Below, piece by piece: positions 14,613-28,437 of a stretch of DNA of 64,000 nt (the stretch's first letter is position 1; each line of letters opens with the position of its first letter). Both the position numbers and the translations under genes were made by a program. The stretch comes from Flaccisagitta enflata (taxonomy: Eukaryota): positions 29,202,001-29,266,000 of the forward strand of contig OZ231126.1 in the NCBI GenBank assembly GCA_965153355.1, in the 5' to 3' direction. Under the pieces are notes generated by a model that saw only the letters and a program-made list of their open reading frames with translations, searched no databases and was not told the DNA's origin.

Positions 14613-14958
14613 CTTTTTCGTTCTCATTTTGAGACGGTTCAAAATATTGTTGACACATTCCTACATCTTTCTCCCCCTCCTCCTCCTCTTTCGATTCCTA
14701 GATTATCGATGAACGCTATGATCACCTTCCCGATTAACAGAAATTAATGTTGGTGATTATTTCCGGCTTTTTTTCCTTATCCAAACTGTCCTCGCCATCG
14801 AACAACTGATGAGGCTGAATATGAGGCTTATTGTTAAAGATGAAAGCGTAAAGATCCTGTTCTTCCTCCACGTGTGCCGCCTCCCTAGTTTCCTCCTGCT
14901 CTTCTCTCCACACCCTCTCATCTCCTCTCATATCCTCTCTGCGTCTCTGCCTCCTTTT

Positions 14959-15313
14959 TGGACAGCGGCCCTAAAGGGCCGATGCCCTGTAGGACACAGG
15001 GGGGGAATTTTGAGACGTCCTTCCATCCTTCCCTCCCTCCGTCCTTCTGTCCCCCACCATGGCCATCAGAGCCTAAAGTCTGCAGTCTCAGGCCTGATTT
15101 TGGCCCTCTGAGCCCTCAAATTAGCCCTTTCAGACCTCAATTTAGCCCTCCAGAGCTCAAATCAGCTCTCCACACCTAATATCTGCCCTCAAGACCTCAA
15201 GTCAGCCCTCCAGACCTCAAATCTGCCCTCCAGGCCTCAGATCCCTTTGGGGCCGCTGCCCTGCTCTCATTCCACTACTTCACTTGATCACTTCAAGCAG
15301 GGCATCGGGTACC
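14959..15313 (+). mobile_element. Second short interspersed family (gg(a)cagcggccc...ctgtaggacacagggg... to gggcatcgggtacc)
   Basis: Related segments at ~42340-42600, ~44090-44570 and ~47130-47520; the last two end in an inverted ccctgtgt..tac...tttggggc(c/t)gct motif. Internal ~20-bp gccctc(c)agacctcaaat repeats. Confidence 0.55.
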
Positions 15314-15715
15314 AAAAGCACAGTCATGCACTTTGATCCTTGGATATTAGTTCCTCCTTCCTGAGCACCTCATAAGTAGGGTTCTGAGTCCATATTTAAG
15401 TATTTTAATCAGCTAACGAATATCAATACAGAAAACTGGAGTATCACAGATTCACAGTAAAAAAAAATGCCAACATACAACGCCCTGGCATTGAGCCTGT
15501 ATCTCAACCTGGCCCGAGCGTGAAACCGGAAGTTCGTTCCGGTTGCAGAAAAAGGGCAGGGTCGCTCTAAAACGATAATGGGAAGCTTGCTTGGCGTGAC
15601 GGTAACGGTATTGAGAAGAAGGAAGAAAGAAAAGAAAGAAAAGAAAAAAAAAGAAGAAAAAAATGATAAAAGAAAAAAAAAGAAAAAAAAATAAAAGAAA
15701 ATAAAGGAAAAAGTG

Positions 15716-15849
<134 letters not shown>

Positions 15850-18014
15850 GCTTAGAATGTAATGACTGACCAACGGCGTCTTTCTCAGTCGCGTTTTTAC
15901 TGGCATTTTGTCCTTAAAAATCTCAGGTTGTCTAGCGTATTTTTGAAGTCGTAACCACAGATGCAAATACAGATACTTATGATTATTGAAGACCTGTCCC
16001 ATACCGTACCGTCCCCGACAAAATATTACAATGAGTTGCATCGTTACGCCACGTGGCGGAAAATGGTGTTGTTGCAACGTCCACGGGATAGAGGTTTACT
16101 GCAGTGTCACGCTCGGCCCAGATCTCAACCCAAATACCCAAAAATCCCAGATCCTAGCAAATGACCAAGATGTAAGCTTCATGGCCTGAATATAGTTCTA
16201 AAAGCCTAGATAGTACAAAAAAAAAGGCCGGAATGAATAGCAAGATTTAAGGAACGACTCTGAGCTAATCTTGTTCTGGTTAAGATGGTCTCATTGCTTT
16301 TAGATGAATTATCGTCATTTTTGACCTTATCAGCTACAGGAACTGAATTGTTCTCATTTTTTATATATTCTTTTTATCACATTTTGTTTACCATTTTGCT
16401 TGCTAGCTTTTGAAATTAATTTTTGGAAACAAAGTGAATAAATTTCTTTTTTAGTAAGGCCCGTTCACTTCTGCAATTTAAATCTCATCCCCGGACTCAA
16501 TCTGCTAGCCTTAAATCTAACAATAAGCTCAGCTCCCAAATATTTTCTTTAGAGTACAGGTTCAATAACATCTTAATTCATGGTCATTTGCTGCTTATTG
16601 ATTGACTGAGTTGGTTAAGAAAAGAATTCAAAACTCAACATTGAATGGTAACTGAATGAATGAATGAATGAATGAATGAATGAATGAATGAATGAATGAA
16701 TGAATGAATGAATGAGTGAATGAATGAATGAATGAATGAATGAATAAATTTTGAAAAGAATTCAAAACTCAACATTGAATGGTAACTGAATGAATGAATG
16801 AATGAATGAATGAATGAATGAATGAATGATTGAATGAATGAATGAATGAATGAATGAATGAATGAATGAATGAATGAATGAATGAATGAATGAATGAATG
16901 AATGAATGAATGAAAAAATGAATTATGAATAGACGTCGTATCTACAAGTGAACGAATCATTGAATCAACAAATCAACAAATCGTCCATGAAGAGATGAAT
17001 GATATGATCGATGAAACTAGCAAAAATCTACCAAACTAGTAAAAGATCGAAGGAATGACCAAACAGATTTGATTTAATGAATCTAATGCTGAATGATTGA
17101 AAAAAGAATGAAGTAACAAATGAATGAAAAGAAGAAAGGAAAACAAAAACATAAAGATATCCCAAATTCCTTGTAAAGGTATCAAAGAAATAGTTGAGAG
17201 GTAAATGAAAAATTGCTCAACAATCGTTTGAATGAAAGAATCAGTTCATTAGTCGGGAAAAAAAGTCATATTTCGAACTCGACTTTTTTACATATTCCAG
17301 AGAAAGATGGTTTTCATTTTTGTATTAGAAACTTTCATATCTCATTTGGCTGATTGTAGCCTATGATAAAATTGATAGGGATTGGGGTGAGTGAATTTGA
17401 TAATTCTCTTTCATTTGGTGCCAAACAGATTTTTTTTCAATTTCACCAATCATATTGTAGGATCAATTTTACTTATTATATTGTAGGATCAATAAAGGAG
17501 TGTTTCTATATTCACAAGCATAGCTGTTCATCTTTTAGGGTGTTTGTGTGTAATCTAATTCATTTAGCTTATTTAGCCCAGTTTTTTCTTTTTTTGAATG
17601 GAATGTATGAAACAAATCATTTGATTTATTTTTGAGCATGTAAATACAGAAAAAAAAACATATCATTGATTATAGAAAAGCATCTGTTTGAGTAATTTCA
17701 AGCATCTTATCCCAGCTAGCTCATTTTGCTTTCGGACAAGCATCATAATTTTTTTCGAGTCAAACAAATGCCGTTTATTTGGGTTTCTCATTCTTTTCTA
17801 GATCTCAGAGGCTGAAATACAATAAGCAAGCTCTGCATTACAGGATATTTAATGTCGGCAATATACTGGGAACGTTTTATGACGCTGAAATAGTCCAAAG
17901 AAGAATCAAAGGAGAATCAAAAGCTTCTATGCAGCCTGTCGTCAAGGTTGGTGCGTGTGCGAGCAAGCCGGAAGCAGGCAAGAGAGCGATAGAGCGAGAG
18001 CGAGCGAGCGAGCG

Positions 18015-18127
<113 letters not shown>

Positions 18128-18378
18128 AAAGAAAAAGAGAGAAATGGATTCACACACATACAGAGAGACTAATAAGACGGGCAGCGACGGACTCGTTAGT
18201 AATCATAAATCATTCTTCCTGCGTAACCGCGAAACAGGTGGACGTTGTACGAACAAAAGGGCAACGCATATGAAGACGCGAAAAGAAGTGTAAAATGCAT
18301 CAAGTAAAATGCTTGGAAAGATGGGGTTGGAAGCGGTTACTTGGTTTGATGATATGGGGTGATTACAGAACTAACAGA

Positions 18379-18409
<31 letters not shown>

Positions 18410-18439
18410 AAGAGAGAGAGAAAGAGAAAGAGAAAGAGA

Positions 18440-18593
<154 letters not shown>

Positions 18594-18852
18594 CACAGAC
18601 GGACCAAGACATAGAGACAAGTTGACAAAGCGAAGGAATAAAATGTGCAGTTATCTGCTTTTTGTCAATCAGTGCAAACTGTACATTATGTCCGCATCAC
18701 ACTGTCAAAGTGAAATAGGCATTTGCGTACTGTTTCATACAGGTAAAGAACGCAAAGATTGACGGAAGCGCCTGAATTCACATAACGGAGCGGAAAAAGT
18801 CAGGGGCAGTGCCCAAGTAGGAGATAAATAGTTGAATTGAATGCAGTGGCGG

Positions 18853-18951
<99 letters not shown>

Positions 18952-20608
18952 CGAGAGAGAGAGAGCGAGAGAGAGAGAAAAGAGACTAACTTCTCACTAA
19001 AATGTATTCAGGACGTTACGTACGATCCAAGGAATACCTACCCAGGGATTCAAAAACGATGAGTGAAGTGGAAAGAAATCAATGCTCTACAGACAAGATA
19101 GGATCGGTATAAACAAAAAAACACGGGCAGGGGCGTACACACCCCATTAACTATAGAAACCGCAGTACACATTTTTTTTACAAGAACTTAGTTTAAAAGA
19201 ATATTAAGCCTTGAAATAGTTTAAAAATGAAGAACTTCATAGTTATCTCTTTAAAAGCTTAAAACAATAAATGACGTTCTTATAAAAAAAAGTGTACCAG
19301 GGTTTACGACTTGAGTGTAACTCACAGATGGACTAATAGACGCGTCTTGATGGACACACGGATGAACAAAGCCTCTCATAGAGTCGCCAGTCCGCGACCA
19401 AACCGTTAGAAAAAAAGTTACCCAGTTGTTTAAGGGTTAGCAGGGGCAGTGATGGGGGCCCGCCGTGACTGTGGGTGAGAGCAGTATTGTAAAAACTGCC
19501 TTAAACAGTGATGCCCTACAATATGATGCTGCCTCTTGATGTGCCACGTAATTTCGCATCGCATCGCATCGCATTGAGCATAAATCTGGAGGATAAAGAT
19601 GACTATGCTAGATGGACAGCAAAGAGACAGACAGACAGACAAATAAGGTGGAAGAATAGCATGCGCGTGTGAGCGCGCGCGCACATACACACACACACAC
19701 AAAAACGCACACGCACACGCCACATGCCATATGCCACACAGGTGATGGATTAGCCAAAGAAAACTACTTGTGCGATGAACTGGACTTCGAATATTGCCAA
19801 AATTTACTATTTATGCTTATAAACAAGGGTGGAACTTCTGTAGTCTGTGCTTGTTTCTTATTCTACGCAGAAATCAGTCGGGCAATCAGAACTCTATTGA
19901 AATTCGATAAGGCTGGTGTCACGTTATGGGGAGCGCAGACAGAGTGAAATTCGTCAATTTTAAATGTTTTAAAATTGAACAAAACTGTACATCACTATGT
20001 AGCTTACCTATTATTGTATATGAATCCATACTTGGATTTTCTTATTCAAGCTCATTTTGTATACAAATTAGGCCTAAAAAGACATAATTATCAATTTTTT
20101 TACTAATATATTTAGCTAAATACAATAAGGCAATCAGTATGAGAGCAAAATTTTTGATGATAATGTTCAAGCAATCATGTGTGATCATGTTTTTGAGATT
20201 TTTTTCAAGAAATTTGAGTTTTTTGAAAAAATCTCTACAAGCACCATTTTTGGCTGGGCGGGCTGTTGGAGGAGAATTTTTCCAACCAAGCTTGTTTTGA
20301 TGCCAGTGACAAGGAACCTTTAAAGGAAGCTTCATGCAAAATTTCAACCAGATCGGACAATTATTTTGGAAGTTATGCCATTTTTTTCATTTTTTCATCT
20401 GGTAGGCTGGTTGGTCTGGTTGGACTGATTGACATTTTTTAAGTCACATCAGAGATATGATGAAGGACCTTATTGATCTGGGTATCAAGCATGCAAAATT
20501 TCATTGGGTTAGCTCGATTAGTTCTTGAGATATGCCAATTTGAATTTTAAGAAATTTATTAAATTAAGGCAACAAAACATACGCGCATTTCTGTGTGAAG
20601 TGCTGTGT

Positions 20609-21122
20609 TCGGGTGTGTCAAAAAAAAAAAATATCTTTGATCAGATCATCCTCATCAGGGTGTGTAAACAAAAAAATTTTAAGACTTTTACCATTTTTGT
20701 TTTTTCAAATTTCAGTCATCTTCCGTTTTTTCCAAAACCTCTTTTTAGCGCTAATTTGTATATTGCTGTGTTATTGATTTCATATCAGAATTATTGTTCA
20801 TAAATGTAAAAAAAGTAGCCATTTAAATACCTTGCTTCGATTTCTAGTTGGGATTAGGTAAAAGTTTTTTTTTACCACCAAAATCATTAAAAAAAATAGA
20901 ATTTGATAATCTCTATTGAAGTTTTGGGTCTTATTTTCAACAAAACTTGGTAGAGACTCTGGAAATATATATATTTTGAACAATCTTTTCCTGCCCTAAA
21001 AAAACAGAAGATGGCTGAAATTTGAAAAAATAAAAACGGTAAAAGTCTTAAAATTTGTTTGTTTACATACCCTGATGAGGATGATTTGATCAACGATACT
21101 TTTTATTTTTTGACACACCCGA
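20609..21122. mobile_element. MITE with ~120-bp TIRs and 9-bp TSD (gtgctgtgt), split from its right TSD by the SET-carrying element
   Basis: tcgggtgtgtcaaa... (20609-~20730) is inverted to ...tttgacacacccga (~21000-21122). TSD gtgctgtgt at 20600-20608 reappears at 25076-25084, after the inserted element. Confidence 0.8.
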
Positions 21123-21677
21123 GTGCGGATACATGAAATTATAGCGCATCCAAAATAGCAGCCTCCAAAATAGCAGGCTCGGTAATAGCACGGCCCATTA
21201 TAGCGAAACCGATATTATAGCAGCTCTATTATAGCACACCGAGATTATAGCAGCCCTATTTTTACATATAAAGACAAGCAAAGGTCAAAGACTGATCGGT
21301 TAAAGGTTGTTGGTTGGCTTTGATCATTGTTGTAGTATTTCTAAATATAAAGACAAGTAACAGCTGGGCTCATGTTAGTTTACATGTCAAAAAGATGTGA
21401 CACTGCTGAGAAATGTTAATACGTCATGAACTCATTTAGAAACTAGGATGAGTACAGAATACGCTTTTAACCTCAAATGGTTCTCACGCTGCGCTGAAAA
21501 GTAACGAGTACACAGACATGCGTGTTCATGCTGATGATGCAAGATCAATTTTGAGGATACTCAAAGGAATGTTCATGCTGATGATCGAAAGCACCTATGT
21601 TTCATGACGCTTCATGACTGAGAGAAAAGTAACGAGTACAGAGACTTATGCGTGTTCATGCTGATGATGCAAGACTC

Positions 21678-21788
<111 letters not shown>

Positions 21789-21966
21789 GACGTTTGAAAA
21801 GATCTTTAATGTCCCTCAATGATCTTGTTCTTTTTCCCGGACATGTACAATCTAGATAGCTGGAAACTTACAACAGGAGAGAGCTAATGCATGTATGTAC
21901 TCACAAAGATACCGGACATCCTCTTACAGAGATGATTCAAAGATTTATTTCATCACAGAAACAGTG

Positions 21967-22081
<115 letters not shown>

Positions 22082-22709
22082 TCATTCAAGCCATGGATTT
22101 TCTTTGACAATTTCTTTTCTTCGATCGCCATAATCGTACAATAGCTCAGTGCCATTGGCAATTCTTCGTAGAGCAATAAAAACTATTCTGGGCTCTCCAT
22201 CAACGACCACAAACCATCTTCAGATTTGCTTCCTTTCTTGAATGATTTATCAGTCGCCCTTTTGTGTCATTCTCTTCCGTTGCATCAATGCATAGGCGGC
22301 GCGAATCGAATTTGAAAAACAAGAGGAAGCTTCCCTTTTTTTCGTCTGTGTAACGTTTTTCCCTGATGAGGAAAAAAAAAACTTCCTTCAAGCTTCTACG
22401 TAATCTTATGCAAACATGTTCTTTTCATAACAACCTTTAAAAGAATAAAGAAGGATTGAAACAAAAGAACAAATCGTACCGGCGCTCTCCTTCCTTATGG
22501 CGCTCTCCTTCCTTATGCGTTATCAAATCCCCTTCGTAAACGGCCACATATTCGCCCTCCTCAAAATCACGTTTGACAACGATTCCACGTCCTCTTTCAT
22601 CGGTGAAATTCACAGACAAGTCATCACTGCATTTGCCTTCAACTTTCTCCATGAAAAGTTTCTCCTTTTCTGCCTTGGAAGGATTTTGAATACGGGAAGA
22701 GCGACGCAT
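22082..22709 (-). CDS. SET domain, SETD8/KMT5A/PR-Set7-like histone H4K20 methyltransferase (one intron 22363-22479; one +1 frameshift)
   Basis: GRG motif, YxGDL, CIDAT, GRLINHS, ELLYDYGD and terminal PWL all match the SET8 subfamily pattern. Confidence 0.8.
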
Positions 22710-22972
22710 CCTGTCCCTATGGATTTGGAAGGCATCCCGTCGTTGACATCATCCGTTTCCGCGCCCAGAACCCCGTTGATTATGTTTCGTGGCCGATCTC
22801 GACATCCCCTCGCTTTTTCGGTGATAGTGACGTTGGCACGACGCTGGAGCACTTCCTAGGTAATAAAAGAAAGACAGACAGAAAGACAGACAGTGACTTT
22901 TATGGACCATGCATCCAAACTAATTTTGAATAAGAAGATATTCGCTATAATGTAACATGCTAAGGAAGCAAG

Positions 22973-23069
<97 letters not shown>

Positions 23070-23331
23070 AACTTTGTACCTTCATTGTCATTGAACAGGA
23101 ATGAGGGGTGAAAGAATCCAGAAGAACATCTTCCACTCCACAGGGATATGCTCGGGACGTGCGGATTTTCCCCGTACAATTCGGGTCAACACAGTACCAC
23201 GTAAGCGGGGCATCAGGATTGACGTTATTTCGTTTCATTCTGATGAAAAAAAGAACACAGCTTGCAAATCAAATCTGGTAGAAGAAGACGGCTACAACAT
23301 ACAACAATGTTTAAGCAACAAAGGTGATACT

Positions 23332-23377
<46 letters not shown>

Positions 23378-23752
23378 CGAAAACAAAAAACAACGAAAAC
23401 AAACAACAAAAACAAAAACAACAAACCAAATACAACAAAACAACAAAACAAAACAAATACAACAAAACAACAAAACAACAAAACAACAAAAACAACAAAA
23501 ACAACAACAACAACAACAACAACAACAAAAAACAACGAAAACAAAAAACAACGAAAACAAACAACAACGAAAACAAACAACAAAAACAAAAACAACAAAC
23601 CTGTGTAGCTGCGCCTTGAAGAAAAGAAGCGGGCGGCCGTTTGTGCTTGGCATGTAAAGTGGCTGATCATAGTGGAAACATTCTTTTGCCGGAACATTCC
23701 CTACAAAATTCGGGATTGGATTTTGCGGATCCTTACGACCCTTTCCAGGCAT
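22082..23752 (-). pseudogene. FLYWCH zinc finger / MULE transposase N-terminus joined to a SETD8(KMT5A/PR-Set7)-like SET domain; two frameshifts
   Basis: Exons 23752-23601, 23239-23080, 22855-22480, 22362-22082 with GT-AG introns and matching phases. FLYWCH-like: STNGRPLLFFKAQLHR...TWYCVDPNCTGKIRT...PHSC. SET8-like: RRSSR..SKAE...ERGRGIVVKRDFEEGEYVAVYEGDLI...LCIDATEENDTKGRLINHS...DGEPRIVFIALRRIANGTELLYDYGDRRKEIVKENPWLE*. Frameshifts near 22710-22715 and 22211-22213; 18-bp in-frame duplication (HKEGER x2). Confidence 0.85.
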
Positions 23753-24261
23753 GATGCAAGAATATTGAGTGGCAGTTTAAAATGTATTGCAGTAATTGAT
23801 CGCATTGAACGTTGAAATCACTTTCCTAGGTTGAAAATAAATGTAAATTTAAAACAAATGTTGCATATTGTTTAATATGATATGTGAATTGAAGAAACGT
23901 ATGGAGTTAGTGTTTATCTTTGTCGAGAATGTAGGAGGCAAAACATTTATGTGATCCACATTGTAACAATTGATGATGGCAATGATTCAAAGGAAATGTT
24001 TGATTCTCTTTAAGTCCACGTTTGTAATAGCGTTCATATTCAGTCCAACTCGAGGACAATCAATCTACTCTCGCAGCTGTTTGCCTCCTACATACATACC
24101 ATGGTAATTGAGCGAACTCACCTGCGTCAGTATCGTCTTTCCGTCACAACCCATTCACTCACCTTCGATCACTTGAGCATCAGTGTCGTCTTTCTCCGGC
24201 AGTTTTTGTGTCACTATCATCTTTGCCGTCGGTTATCGTCGGTTGCTTTGCATCAACTTTA

Positions 24262-24300
<39 letters not shown>

Positions 24301-24638
24301 GGTTTGGAATCAGTTTCATCTATTGTGACTATCCGTATGCTTTAATGGAAGTCAACTTCATCTTTATATCTGTCTGTCTCTCTTTGTTATCTATCTATGT
24401 CATTCGATTCCTAACTAAAACTAAAGATTTGTTCACAATGTACATTCTCTTTATCTATCTTTCTATCAATCATTTGATCAGTCGTTTCATCTTTATATCT
24501 GCCTGTCTCTCTTTCTATCTGTCTTATTCTGTCATTCAATCTGTTACTCAAACCAAAGATTCGCATTTGTGTAAATATCAATATCTATCAATCAATCTAT
24601 CAATATCCATATGACTGACTGTCTGTCTGTCTGTGTCG

Positions 24639-24676
<38 letters not shown>

Positions 24677-24721
24677 TTGATGAGTCACTCGAGACTTTTT
24701 CTCTCGACGAGATTATAGCGA

Positions 24722-24759
<38 letters not shown>

Positions 24760-27289
24760 GTACATACACAGTACGTATGCCTATCCTTTTTTGACATTAC
24801 TGTTATATCAATGATTTCCATCTGGACAATAGTATATATGCAATAGTGTATAGTACCCGTCATCACTTCTTACTATGATGATATAAGCTCTTGTCTTTAG
24901 CATGAACCTTCAGCCTTTACTTGTCTTTACTTGTTAAAATAGGGCTGCTATAATCTCGGTGTGCTATAATAGAGCTGCTATAATATCGGTTTCGCTATAA
25001 TGTGCCGTGCTATTTCCGAGCCTGCTATTTTAGAGGCTGCTATTTTGGAAGCGCTATAATTTCCGGCACCCCCGAGTGCTGTGTGGAAACAAAGAATTAA
25101 GTATGAGACTTGGTCGGCGAGCGTTACAATTCATTCCTTATTTTGGTAGTGATCAACTTTGGAATTTCACTGTGACCAATCGAATTAGAGTTAAGACTTG
25201 AAATTTTAGAGGCATGTGCAGAATTTCAACCTCTTTCACATCATATAGATAAATTCAGCGTTAAGCATATTACTATGCTGTAACATAGTAAGAATCATAG
25301 TGTGACATAAGTGTGACAGCTACAACATGGAGCCCCTCTGAATTGTAACGCTTCAAGGAAATGTTGATTTCTTACCAATGGAATGGAAAAAATCATTGAA
25401 AATTGGAGGGAATGTCCTTTAACTAGTTGTCAATGCAATGGAAAAAGAAAAATTGCTTAATGTTTGACTGATGATAGGCTAACAAAAAAAATTGTCAACT
25501 TACCTCCTTTTCAGCAAAAAATGACTGAAAAATAAAGGGGGGGGAGAGCTATGTTTCAAAGCTTTTTTTTGTCATCTTACAGTTGAAATATTGAGTTCAT
25601 ACTTTCCACACATATCAATGGATTGATAGTGATTGCTTACAAGCTTTGGGATGACCCTGCTTGACATTTTTTGATTGGTTAAACTTGCATTTTGCCTACA
25701 GGGACAGAATCGGGACAGGCCAAAATAGGCCCTTCGACCCCTGTTTTGGACCCCATAGGAGCAGTCGGTGTGGCAAAAATTGGTTTGGTATGGCGCACCA
25801 GATAGTTAGGTATGTCACTCAACCTTTGTGACCTTATGCAATTCAACAGCAAAAGCAATGCCACTTCTACCATGGCGGAGAGTCGGGGTTTCTCGGGCGC
25901 CCCCGGATGCTCAGAATCAACCATAATGTGTTTTAATGTTCTAACTAACTTTTATTCCAGGCCTGTTTACATTATCATAACATGCAGTACATGCAGTTTG
26001 CGCTTGGGTGACTCACATAGCAAATGTTTGGTATTTATTTAACTCTACTTTTCAATATTAAATAATTCATTAAAAAATTTCATGAATTTTTATTTCATAA
26101 AAATTTCTTATTTTTTCAAAAATTTTTTTGTAAAATCCTATTTGTATAATACTGTAAGAATGATTGATTCATATTCAAATATTCATTTACTGATTCATTT
26201 CTTTATCTGCTTTTTGATCAAAATATTTTCTATAAGACATATTCAACATTAAAACAAAAACTATTTATTTTCATATTTTTTTAGTCGCGTGCACGCGACT
26301 CTACAATCTTCTTTGTTTGTTTGTCAGTTGGTCGGTTGCTCATTTTTTTCTTTATTTCTATGATTTTTCTTTTGACCTCACCGCTCCTGCCCAAATGGTC
26401 AAGTGATATCAAATAAGGCCCTGGCCTAACCCCGCTGGACTAAAATAGCTGTGTATCTGGCTTAGTTTTATAATACATGTCTGGCGGATTTTCCCAGGTT
26501 TTGCTTTGTGAAGCACCCAAATTTCACGCTCCGTATTTGAGCTTCATTGAAGCGTGACAATAAATCTAACTTAAAACGTCAGAAGGCAATCAATTCAGTG
26601 TCAGACTAAAAGACAGATATACTGACATTTGGCTAAAGAGAGCGCTAAACCTTGAACTGGTGGACTGAGTTGCAAAGCAAGCAGAGTAGGCTTGCGTTCA
26701 CCACGTGGAATAAGATTATTTAAACTGAAATAAAAACTTGATTGTTGTATGTAGTGTTTCTGTTCATTATTTATTATGTGCTTAATATTTACGGCGGGAT
26801 GTGAGGCCAACATATGAGAGAGAGACAGGGAACTGTGGTTGACACAGCAGCGTAATCCGTCCTGTGTTTTGCTGCTACAGGTAAAAAAATTGTGCCAAAT
26901 TCAGTTAGCTAGTTGCCGTTCAATCTGAGTCAGAGAACGGTATGAGCATTTTTTGCTCTACGGCCATTTTTATTTGTTTTTCCCTGGACCGGGATTCGCC
27001 GCCATAAAAAATTCGTGATGAGAAACGGGACTTGCAAAGTCTTCGGGCAAGGTGATATATTTGGGAATGATTCTCTCAATTACCACTGAGTACGAGAATG
27101 CGCCATCTAGATAGTCACTCCAACAACTGCTAACCCTCTCTCTTTTTCGCCCTACATACCCTGAGCTGACCTTGCTACCCTGACAAAGCCAGTATCGCTT
27201 TCCCCCTTCATGGGCGTAATCTCATTTTGTGTTATTACCTCCGTAAATCCAATCTGGAAGTCCATTATGAACTTTGACCCGGTGGCCGC

Positions 27290-27380
<91 letters not shown>

Positions 27381-27394
27381 ACTGTATTCATAAG

Positions 27395-27456
<62 letters not shown>

Positions 27457-27733
27457 ATTACTGTTAGTGAGTTTTTTGGGCGGTAAATTGCCGGCTAAAA
27501 GCTCATCAACTGACGTCACGGCATAAACGTCATTTTCGTGAATGAAGAAAACCGAGCCGCCATCGGAGGAGGAGGAAGAGGAGGAGGAGGGGGAAGTTGT
27601 GGAAGAGGAGGAAGAGGAGGAGGCGTGACCATCGGGGCCCCAAAAAGCCGCCTCTACCAGCGCAGAAGTGGTGGTAGAGACATGAGGCCAAGCAGATGCT
27701 GCAACTGGTAAGAGGGGAACTAGAGCTCTGAAA

Positions 27734-27831
<98 letters not shown>

Positions 27832-27892
27832 GAAAACAACAGATCAATGTTTCCATTTCGTTTCAATTAATACTCAACTGTGTTTGATCATA

Positions 27893-28437
27893 CAGTAGAT
27901 CTCGTCTAGACTTGAGATAACGGGGGCAAGGATAACGGGAAGAGAAATGATGCGAGGGGAGTGATAGTTGAAATATAAACTAATAATAGAATGATTCATT
28001 CCCCATGATGGTCGGTTGCCATGGAAACACATTTCCATGTATTATCGCCAAAATATCAATATTTTGAGAATTTTTTTTAGGGAACATTGGTTAAAATCAA
28101 ATTTGCTACAATTTTCCCACAATATGTTCTGTAAGAATATTGCTTGTTTGGCCGTTGCTAGGGAGCGTATCCATGTGTGACAGCCCATAGCAACCGCTAA
28201 ACGAGCGACATTCTTATAGAGCATACTGTGGGAAAGTTGTAGCAAATTTAATTTTAAGAAATGTTCCCTAAAGAAATTTTAGCGAGAATACATGGAAATA
28301 CGTTTCCATGGCAACCAGCTATCATAGGCAATAAAGCATCCTTTTATTAGTCTATGTTTCAAGTATCAATCCCCTGGCTTTATTTGCTTTTCTGCAATGC
28401 TTGCCCCCGTTTTCTCAAGTCTAGACGAGATCTACTG
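27893..28437. mobile_element. Fold-back MITE, TA TSD (Tc1/mariner-pogo-like)
   Basis: ta|cagtagatctcgtctagacttgag ... ctcaagtctagacgagatctactg|ta; inverted symmetry continues to the centre. Confidence 0.9.

Noticed and set aside
14734-14931. Minus-strand ORF with protein-like composition (EEEQDLYAFIFNNKPH...)
   Set aside because: No polypyrimidine acceptor, no partner exon, no recognisable motif.
15520-15545. ccggaagt ETS-like motif in a CpG-containing patch
   Set aside because: A single short motif with no linked gene start.
22082-22709. Calling this the host SETD8/KMT5A gene
   Set aside because: It lies between TIRs with a TSD, follows transposase-like exons, lacks the N-terminal regulatory region and is frameshifted, so no gene symbol was assigned.
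26975-27005. tRNA T-arm/3'-end-like sequence on the minus strand
   Set aside because: No cloverleaf or A box could be built.
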